From the IMG/VR virus record IMGVR_UViG_2558860274_000002: a stretch of DNA of 12,057 nucleotides. One strand, 5' to 3'. The position numbers were made by a program, and so were the translations under genes. The notes under the pieces were generated by a model. That model worked only from the letters and a program-made list of their open reading frames with translations, had not been told where the DNA came from and searched no databases. The DNA is from a virus. Its lineage: Duplodnaviria; Heunggongvirae; Uroviricota; Caudoviricetes. Every line of letters starts with the position of its first letter. Position 1 is the stretch's first letter. Below, in pieces: positions 1-6,326 of the stretch.

Positions 1-219
1 TTACATCCACATAATTTGCTGCCCTGACGGCAACGGGTGCGGCCTTACGGCGTGGACTTCTCCCGGCTTCACGATGTATCGCTGTACCGACTCATAAGTG
101 ATGAACGTGGCGCTGCAATTCACGTTCTGGCACTGGTGATAACGCTCTTTTGTCGTGTCAGTGATATAGCGGCTTGTACGCGCATGTGCGGCATGCTGGC
201 ATAAAGGACAATGAAACAT
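1..219 (-). CDS. ogr: Ogr, P2-type late-gene transcriptional activator (Cys4 zinc finger), 72 aa
   Basis: Minus-strand ORF; translation from the internal Met (MFHCPLCQHAAHARTSRYITDTTKERYHQCQNVNC...) gives 72 aa, the length and N-terminus I recall for P2 Ogr. Has the C-x2-C...C-x4-C zinc-binding pattern. RBS-like GGAAGAGG lies 8 nt upstream of this ATG. The 93-aa extension to nt 282 is probably not translated. Confidence 0.9.
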   Translation of the reverse strand: MFHCPLCQHAAHARTSRYITDTTKERYHQCQNVNCSATFITYESVQRYIVKPGEVHAVRPHPLPSGQQIMWM

Positions 220-300
220 CGCGAGCACCTCTTCCGGTTTTGTTGATGGTGCCATTTTAGTTAATTTATCCTTATAAAACAAACAGATAAATAAAAGATA
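220..300 (-). promoter_or_regulatory. Candidate ogr promoter in the D-ogr intergenic region
   Basis: 82-nt AT-rich spacer between D stop (301) and ogr start (219). On the minus strand there is a possible -35 TTGTTT (282..277), 17-nt spacer, and -10 TAAAAT (259..254). Hexamers picked by eye only. Confidence 0.3.
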
Positions 301-1464
301 TCACTCATCATCTTCTGTTTCGTACTCCACATCAGAAAGCCTTACCTCAAGTTCTAAGGACGTCGTGAAGCCGCTATTATTCAGAAAATGTGTCACCTTA
401 GTGATTGTCCAGTCCTGCTCGTCTATGACGCGCTTAAAGCCTGATACTTTGACCGGCGTTTCCGTGTAAATATCTGCCCGACCAGTAGCCAGACTGATGG
501 AGAACTCCGCAACGCCCCGTTGCAGCTTATCCCACTTCGCCTGAGCGGCGCGCATGGCCTGCGCTTTCGTGGCATATACCGTGGTCAGGGCAAAAACGTT
601 GTCAGCCTCACCTGCCATGTATTCACCTTCGCGCGCTTCCGGTACTTTTGGCGCTTTCTTCTGCGTGACTGGTTTCGCTTTCGGGTGTTCCAGTGCGCGC
701 AGGTGTTTCTCTTTCTTTTTGCGTTTCAGTTTTACCTTCTGCTTTTGCGGCTTCGGGTCTTTGGTGTGTAACCACTTTGCCGTTACGCCGGTGTAAGCTC
801 CACGGTCAGCAATCGCAAAATGATGACGGTCGCCGTCGCTGCGGGTGATGGTAATCTGCGGGATTTTTTTACCACTGGCCGTCACCCCCTGCCCCGCTTT
901 GAGAAACAACAGTTTTCCCATTTTTACAGAGACCTCACCGCCGTTGCGTTCTGCAAGACGGGTCAGGAATTTCGCATCAGACTCCTGCGACTGGTCGATG
1001 TGCGGGATTTTAATTCCGGCCAGTGACGGAGCGACACTGGCTTCCAGTCTGTTACGGGAGGCTATCGCCTCAACAATCGCACCGAGCGTGGTGTCATGCC
1101 AGGAGCCTTCACGGCGGGAATTGAGCGTCCCGCGGAAATCTGCACTCCGGGCGCGGATGGTAACCACATCCGGCGCGCCCCGGTGTTCAACCTCATCAAC
1201 GGTAAATTTCCCTTTGCATACCAGGGCAAAACCTTTCCAGCCGATATACACCGTCAGGACAGCGCCACGAACCGGCAGCCCGACCTGCCCGTCGGCATCG
1301 TTCAGTTCAATATCAAGCTGGTCAGCCTCAAAGCCCCGGTTATCCGTCAGGGTCATGCTCATCAGACGGTCGCTGATATTGCCGGTAATATCCCTGCTGT
1401 CGAGCATCAGCATGTAATCCGGTGTCAGCGTACTGCCTGCATCAAATGTCAGCGCATCCAGCAT
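301..1464 (-). CDS. D: Tail protein gpD (P2 late gene D family), 387 aa
   Basis: Minus-strand ORF; start at the internal Met (MLDALTFDAGSTLTPDYMLMLDSRDITG...) gives 387 aa, the length I recall for P2 gpD. Contains the lysine-rich stretch KDPKPQKQKVKLKRKKKEKH. G-rich RBS-like run directly upstream of the ATG at 1464. Immediately followed by ogr, as in P2. Confidence 0.9.
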   Translation of the reverse strand: MLDALTFDAGSTLTPDYMLMLDSRDITGNISDRLMSMTLTDNRGFEADQLDIELNDADGQVGLPVRGAVLTVYIGWKGFALVCKGKFTVDEVEHRGAPDVVTIRARSADFRGTLNSRREGSWHDTTLGAIVEAIASRNRLEASVAPSLAGIKIPHIDQSQESDAKFLTRLAERNGGEVSVKMGKLLFLKAGQGVTASGKKIPQITITRSDGDRHHFAIADRGAYTGVTAKWLHTKDPKPQKQKVKLKRKKKEKHLRALEHPKAKPVTQKKAPKVPEAREGEYMAGEADNVFALTTVYATKAQAMRAAQAKWDKLQRGVAEFSISLATGRADIYTETPVKVSGFKRVIDEQDWTITKVTHFLNNSGFTTSLELEVRLSDVEYETEDDE

Positions 1465-1489
1465 TATCCCGCCCCCGTCATACCCGTGA

Positions 1490-1759
1490 ATGAAAACCGC
1501 AATGGTGCTCAAGGCAAAAGACGTTATTCGCCGTGGCTGTCTGGAATATGACGTCAGCGCCACCGACATCACCAGCTCGTTTATGGCTATCCGCAAGACC
1601 ATGACCAGCAGCGGACGCAGCGCCACCTATGAGGCCAGCCGCAGCGAGGAAGCCAGCCACGCCGACCTCGCCTGGGCGACCATGCACGCCCTGTTAAATG
1701 AGCCACTCACCGCCGGTATCAGCACCCCGCTGACATCCACCATTCTGGAGTTTTACTGA
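1490..1759 (+). pseudogene. Probable 3' remnant of terminase ATPase gene P (truncated, 89 codons)
   Basis: ORF directly upstream of Q on the same strand, with its TGA stop (1757-1759) overlapping the Q ATG (1759-1761) in an ATGA arrangement, as expected for P-Q coupling. The frame is closed by a TGA at 1487-1489, so at most 89 codons remain versus roughly 590 expected for P. Identity as P is inferred from position only; I cannot recall the P C-terminal sequence. Confidence 0.4.
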
Positions 1760-2793
1760 TGAGCAAGAAAAAAGGGAAAACACCGCAACCTGCGGCAAAA
1801 AAAATGACCGCCAGCGCCCCGAAAATGGAGGCATTCACCTTTGGTGAGCCGGTGCCGGTGCTCGACCGCCGTGACATTCTGGATTACGTCGAATGTATCA
1901 GTAACGGCAGATGGTATGAGCCGCCGGTCAGCTTTACCGGTCTGGCAAAAAGCCTGCGTGCTGCCGTGCATCACAGCTCACCGATTTACGTCAAACGCAA
2001 TATTCTGGCTTCAACGTTTATTCCGCATCCGTGGCTTTCCCAGCAGGATTTCAGCCGCTTTGTGCTGGATTTTCTGGTGTTCGGCAATGCGTTTCTGGAA
2101 AAGCGTTACAGTACCACCGGTAAGGTCATCAGACTGGAAACCTCACCGGCAAAATATACCCGCCGTGGTGTGGAAGAGGATGTTTACTGGTGGGTGCCGT
2201 CCTTCAACGAGCCGACAGCCTTCGCGCCCGGCTCCGTGTTTCACCTGCTGGAGCCGGATATTAATCAGGAGCTGTACGGTCTGCCGGAATATCTCAGCGC
2301 CCTTAATTCTGCCTGGCTGAATGAGTCGGCCACGCTGTTCCGCCGCAAGTATTACGAAAATGGCGCACATGCCGGATACATCATGTACGTCACTGATGCC
2401 GTGCAGGATCGCAACGATATCGAAATGCTACGCGAAAACATGGTTAAGTCGAAAGGCCGCAATAACTTTAAAAATCTGTTTCTCTATGCCCCACAGGGGA
2501 AAGCCGACGGCATTAAAATTATCCCCCTCAGTGAAGTGGCGACGAAGGACGATTTTTTTAATATCAAAAAAGCCAGCGCCGCTGACCTGCTGGACGCGCA
2601 CCGCATCCCCTTTCAGTTGATGGGTGGCAAGCCGGAGAACGTCGGGTCGCTGGGTGATATAGAGAAAGTGGCAAAGGTCTTTGTCCGCAATGAGCTTATC
2701 CCGTTACAGGACAGGATCCGCGAGATAAACGGCTGGCTCGGTCAGGAGGTCATCCGCTTTAAAAACTACTCACTGGACACTGACAACGGCTGA
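1759..2793 (+). CDS. Q: Portal (capsid vertex) protein gpQ, 344 aa
   Basis: 344-aa ORF, the length I recall for P2 gpQ, transcribed toward the cos site as in P2. Start ATG overlaps the upstream ORF stop. Followed by a strong intrinsic terminator. Confidence 0.9.
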   Translation: MSKKKGKTPQPAAKKMTASAPKMEAFTFGEPVPVLDRRDILDYVECISNGRWYEPPVSFTGLAKSLRAAVHHSSPIYVKRNILASTFIPHPWLSQQDFSRFVLDFLVFGNAFLEKRYSTTGKVIRLETSPAKYTRRGVEEDVYWWVPSFNEPTAFAPGSVFHLLEPDINQELYGLPEYLSALNSAWLNESATLFRRKYYENGAHAGYIMYVTDAVQDRNDIEMLRENMVKSKGRNNFKNLFLYAPQGKADGIKIIPLSEVATKDDFFNIKKASAADLLDAHRIPFQLMGGKPENVGSLGDIEKVAKVFVRNELIPLQDRIREINGWLGQEVIRFKNYSLDTDNG

Positions 2794-2798
2794 ACATC

Positions 2799-2820
2799 GC
2801 CGCCTGTGGGCGGCTTTTTT
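2799..2820 (+). terminator. Rho-independent terminator downstream of Q
   Basis: GCCGCC (2799-2804), loop TGTG, GGCGGC (2809-2814), then a run of six T (2815-2820), starting 6 nt after the Q stop codon. Confidence 0.65.
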
Positions 2821-2962
2821 ACACCCCGCCATCACGCCCTCACACGCTCACCACCGCACAAAACAGCCCGCATACACACCAACGCCCCGGCGAACAATCT
2901 AAACGCCATCACAACGCGCTCAGACGCTGAAAAAATAAAATCAGCACCACCGCCAGCGCGCA

Positions 2963-2981
2963 GTGCTTTCCCCACCTCGCC
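2963..2981 (-). other. cos site: 19-nt P2/P4-type cohesive-end sequence (terminase cleavage site)
   Basis: Minus strand reads GGCGAGGTGGGGAAAGCAC, one mismatch from the P2/P4 cohesive end as I recall it (GGCGAGGCGGGGAAAGCAC). The flanking C/A-rich sequence 2821-2962 also resembles my recollection of the P2/P4 left-end sequence. Position between Q and the right-end genes is as expected. Confidence 0.7.
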
Positions 2982-3004
2982 CGCCCGCTTCGTGGGGCGG
3001 TTTT
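2981..3004 (+). terminator. Terminator-like GC hairpin abutting cos
   Basis: CCGCCC (2981-2986), 8-nt loop, GGGCGG (2995-3000), followed by TTTT (3001-3004). Function not established; may be part of the terminase recognition region instead. Confidence 0.3.
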
Positions 3005-3138
3005 AATGCAGGTGTAAATTCAGTCTAAATACATACCTGTCGGGTCATCAAGCTTGTGCGCTCACTCAATAAAACACATGCAAATAAATGCATATAGACA
3101 TGCGCTACCAACTTGCACTAGCCATGTACATCAGGTAA

Positions 3139-4971
3139 TTAACAACGTAATTCTGTACAATTAGCCCATTCTTCAGAAAAAACAGCATCTGAAGATTTTG
3201 GCCCTGGCCTTGCTTGATTAATTGAAATTCTTACAGGCAAATTAAATGCAGAACCAAATGCAACAGCATCACCTCTTGGTAAACCTGATATTTGTTTTAA
3301 GATTTGTTCATTACCGCTTTCCATTGCATATCTGAGAGCCTGTAAATCTCTTTCATTAGTCAAACGTAACGAAAACCAGTTTGAACACATTGCCAAAACA
3401 GTAGGAGAAAGCTCTGAGGGTCGCTGAGTACTGACAATTAAAGAGCATTTGAATTTCCTACCTTCTTTAGCAAGTCGTTCATATGCTTTAATCTGTGAGT
3501 CAATTTCAGCATAAGGGTCACGCAGGTAATGATGCGCTTCTTCCAACAAAAGTACCGTAGGATACGAACGTTCCTGCCCACGTCTAAATAGTATCTCAGC
3601 AAACATCTCCAACAATGCACTAAGTAACATTGGAGCATGATCTTGTGCCAAATTTTTCATATTAACTATATGAACATTCCAATCATTTTCTTGTCCTTTT
3701 TCCTTACCAAAGAAGTAATCAACTTCATCACTCATAGCTTTATCCCAATGCGTTCCACCATCTGCTAGCTCACCCCCTCCATTTAAATTAACAATAGATT
3801 TAAATCTTATATCCTCTGCAAGTTGTTGTATGATTTTTACCAATGGCAACACGTTACTAAAACCAAACGCGTCACGTTTACTTCCATTAGAACGGTCAGC
3901 AGCTACACATCCAAATTCAGCAACCAAAGTCGCTAAACTTTTAAACGGCGGCCATACATTCGTTCTTTTAAGACGTCTACGCCTTAATAAATCCAACCAC
4001 TCAGCCAATTTACTTTGATTTGTGTCACGACAATCATCATACAAAAGAAAAGTTTCACCATCATTTTTTTCCAAGTAAATATTACGGCTTTTAAAATGAG
4101 TCCGATTAATTGCACTTAATGCATTTCTTAATGCGGGCAATTGTGTTTTATCACTTGGTCTTAATAATTTAATTAACCCAGCAAAACCTAATGCCTGATA
4201 TGGTATCTTTTTATAACAATAATACTCTTCACTATATAGCTCACCCTTTTGCTGATTTTTTTCCAAACTATCAACATTTGGGGATTCCCCTAGAATAGTG
4301 TGCTTTACATTTGGAATACCTGTAAAAGCTTGCGCGTATTCACCATTTATGTCAAAAATAACTATTCTTGAGTTAGGGTATTTTTCAGAAACCTTCCTCG
4401 TTAACAAAGCATTGAAATTTGATTTACCATATCCTGTACTACCAAGAACGGCTAAGTGTCGCGACAATAATTTATCAACACTTGCAAATATCTTAACGGT
4501 TTTAGTTCGAGAATCCACACCTAATTCAACCGCTTTTGGGAGTTCTTCTTTATCAATACTATAAATGATGTTCAAAAAATCTGAAGTCAAAGGAACAGCA
4601 GAAGAACCCAATGCAGGTAAGCGCCAATCTTCTGATATAAAAACATAACCATTTAACTCCCTTTTCACAAAGCCAATTGCATAGGCGATAATTTGTCTTA
4701 GAGGTATATCAGCTAAATCAGATGTGCCTACATTTGCCTTATGCGCTTTATCCGCTTCAACAAATGCCATATCTGTCACTCTTGCGACAACTAATATATT
4801 ACCTGCATCGAACCCAATAAGATCTCCTGGTTGCGTTACTGAGCTCACCCCCTTTCTATGCGATGCTAATCTGCCTTGCAACCCCTCATGCAGGTTTATC
4901 CTAATTCTTTCCCCTTCTAATCCTACAACGTATCCAATAGCCGAGATTTCAGTAAGTTTAAAAAGGGACAT
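3139..4971 (-). CDS. herA: HerA-like (FtsK/HerA superfamily) ATPase, 610 aa; second gene of a SIR2-HerA-type defence operon
   Basis: Walker A LAVLGSTGYGKSN, Walker B TVLLLEEAHHYL, and the HerA/FtsK-typical LIVSTQRPSEL motif. Start taken at the internal Met (MSLFKLTEIS..., ATG at 4971) because AGGAGA lies 5 nt upstream and the ATG sits just inside the 3' end of the sir2-like gene. The ORF track's start at 5022 has no such support. AT-rich relative to phage core genes. Confidence 0.85.
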   Translation of the reverse strand: MSLFKLTEISAIGYVVGLEGERIRINLHEGLQGRLASHRKGVSSVTQPGDLIGFDAGNILVVARVTDMAFVEADKAHKANVGTSDLADIPLRQIIAYAIGFVKRELNGYVFISEDWRLPALGSSAVPLTSDFLNIIYSIDKEELPKAVELGVDSRTKTVKIFASVDKLLSRHLAVLGSTGYGKSNFNALLTRKVSEKYPNSRIVIFDINGEYAQAFTGIPNVKHTILGESPNVDSLEKNQQKGELYSEEYYCYKKIPYQALGFAGLIKLLRPSDKTQLPALRNALSAINRTHFKSRNIYLEKNDGETFLLYDDCRDTNQSKLAEWLDLLRRRRLKRTNVWPPFKSLATLVAEFGCVAADRSNGSKRDAFGFSNVLPLVKIIQQLAEDIRFKSIVNLNGGGELADGGTHWDKAMSDEVDYFFGKEKGQENDWNVHIVNMKNLAQDHAPMLLSALLEMFAEILFRRGQERSYPTVLLLEEAHHYLRDPYAEIDSQIKAYERLAKEGRKFKCSLIVSTQRPSELSPTVLAMCSNWFSLRLTNERDLQALRYAMESGNEQILKQISGLPRGDAVAFGSAFNLPVRISINQARPGPKSSDAVFSEEWANCTELRC

Positions 4972-6205
4972 TACCTTCTCCTTTAGAAAGATTAGCAATT
5001 GCTTCAACCAACTCATCAACAATATTATCTCGTGGAAAGAGCACAGGGTATGGTAGATGTTCTACGAAACTATTAAAATATGCCTTGCTTCCTCCCCCAA
5101 CTACAGTTACTTGATTGAAAGCCATATTTTTTAAAGTAACAATAGCTTTCTCAGCTTCCGAACCGCCACCCTTACTTACTTTGGCAATTGCTTCTTTCAA
5201 TTCAGGATAATATATAACAACATGGAAAGATGGATTCAGTAACGCGCCTAATATTATTCTATTTATATGATAATCACCGAAACCAAACCCATTTATGAAC
5301 AACGCTGTTTGAGGTTTCGAAATAAACTCCCCAAAACGTCTAAACATCTCTCCATAAACGAAGCCGATTGTATGGCTATATTTATTCGCCCCTGGATAAA
5401 TCAAATGTTGACCGCGATAAAAGTCATCTTTATTGATTATGTCATTAATATATTCATCATATGCTTGAGATGCACTAACTTCGTTAACAGTCAAGCTATC
5501 ATTTTGATACCACGTAAGTGAGCCATGTAATTTATAGAGATACGCATGATAATGTCCGAATCTTGCTTCGCCCTTCGCATTTACATTTCTGAAAGCCAAA
5601 TCAAAATTCTGGGGATAAAACTGCCGTGTATGTAGCCCAGAAAAACCATTAAACAACTGTATTCCTAAATCTTCTGCAGCCCACTCTAAGGCCAAATCAT
5701 AATTTGTTGTGAAAATTGCCGGAGCCGACTGACCGGGCTGTCTATTTGAAATTAATTTTGAAATTAACTCTTTGTGATATTTAAACGCATCTTTTTTACC
5801 CTGATTTTTCTCTCTAAACTGCTCTCCTGTTAATAATGCAGCCTTCGTAACCTCTTTATATAATGAACTTAATATCTTCCTGAATTCCTCCTCTTCATCT
5901 TCACATCGTCTAGTTTTAGCTACAGAAAGAAATTTAGTTGCTTCATCTATCAAAAGTTCAACATTGACCAAATTGTTATCAGAATCAATTTGCGAAACCA
6001 GAAGATATTTATCAATAAGTGCTCCCAAAAGCTCAGGGTAGTTTTGCTTAAACGATTTCCATACATCTTTCATCGTTTTCCCACCACAACCGACAGAAGC
6101 ACCAGCACCTAACAGAACGCCAACATTATCTAATTGACACAAGGAATAAACGTGAGAACGAAAATCATCCTCATTTAACTTGTTACCACCTTGATAAATC
6201 GACAT
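4958..6205 (-). CDS. sir2: SIR2-like domain protein (predicted NAD+-consuming effector), about 415 aa; first gene of the SIR2-HerA-type operon
   Basis: Rossmann-type glycine motif VLLGAGASVGCGG, then IFTTNYDLALEWA (Asn/Asp motif typical of prokaryotic defence SIR2 domains) and YLYKLHGSLTW (catalytic His-Gly). About 180 aa C-terminal extension. Start placed at the second ATG (6205) because AAGGA lies 5 nt upstream; the first ATG (6211) is an alternative. AT-rich. Confidence 0.85.
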   Translation of the reverse strand: MSIYQGGNKLNEDDFRSHVYSLCQLDNVGVLLGAGASVGCGGKTMKDVWKSFKQNYPELLGALIDKYLLVSQIDSDNNLVNVELLIDEATKFLSVAKTRRCEDEEEEFRKILSSLYKEVTKAALLTGEQFREKNQGKKDAFKYHKELISKLISNRQPGQSAPAIFTTNYDLALEWAAEDLGIQLFNGFSGLHTRQFYPQNFDLAFRNVNAKGEARFGHYHAYLYKLHGSLTWYQNDSLTVNEVSASQAYDEYINDIINKDDFYRGQHLIYPGANKYSHTIGFVYGEMFRRFGEFISKPQTALFINGFGFGDYHINRIILGALLNPSFHVVIYYPELKEAIAKVSKGGGSEAEKAIVTLKNMAFNQVTVVGGGSKAYFNSFVEHLPYPVLFPRDNIVDELVEAIANLSKGEGNVPF

Positions 6206-6211
6206 AAACAT

Positions 6212-6326
6212 CCTTTTACAAATTTTAAAATTAGCTAAGTTACTACATTAAAAATCAAATATTAGAAAAAGTCATTACTCATAATCACACAATAGATTCA
6301 TAGGGTTAGCATAGTCACAATAGCTA
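6212..6326 (-). promoter_or_regulatory. Probable promoter region of the SIR2-HerA operon
   Basis: 115-nt very AT-rich spacer between the A stop and the sir2 start. One candidate on the minus strand: -35 TTGATT (6258..6253), 17-nt spacer, -10 GCTAAT (6235..6230). Not validated. Confidence 0.3.

Noticed and set aside
1-282. Extended 93-aa form of the ogr ORF
   Set aside because: The internal ATG at 219 gives the canonical 72-aa Ogr and has an upstream RBS; the extension is unsupported.
845-1417. 190-aa plus-strand ORF, with the other plus-strand ORFs 520-771, 554-796, 820-1026 and 1096-1551
   Set aside because: All lie antisense to or out of frame within the well-supported D gene, with no RBS or family signature; typical shadow ORFs of a GC-rich gene.
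301-1626. Extended 441-aa form of the D ORF
   Set aside because: The internal ATG at 1464 gives the expected 387-aa gpD; the extra 54 codons run into the deletion junction and overlap the terminase remnant.
1478-1687. 69-aa minus-strand ORF across the Q-D junction
   Set aside because: Antisense to the terminase remnant, Gly/Ala-rich low-complexity translation, overlaps the D start region; likely spurious.
1841-2620. Alternative-frame ORFs inside Q (1841-2320 plus, 2143-2370 minus, 2321-2620 plus)
   Set aside because: Embedded in the portal gene in other frames; no independent support.
2806-3006. 66-aa plus-strand ORF spanning the cos region
   Set aside because: Covers the packaging region and cos site; Pro/Ala-rich translation of C/A-skewed DNA, no RBS.
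3139-5022. Longer 627-aa start for the HerA-like gene
   Set aside because: No RBS at 5022, whereas the ATG at 4971 has a strong AGGAGA and a coupling overlap with the upstream gene.
3438-5521. Short ORFs within the cargo operon (3438-3638 minus, 3830-4018, 4298-4564, 4724-5056 and 5267-5521 plus)
   Set aside because: Out-of-frame or antisense ORFs inside the SIR2-like and HerA-like genes, with low-complexity translations and no motif support.
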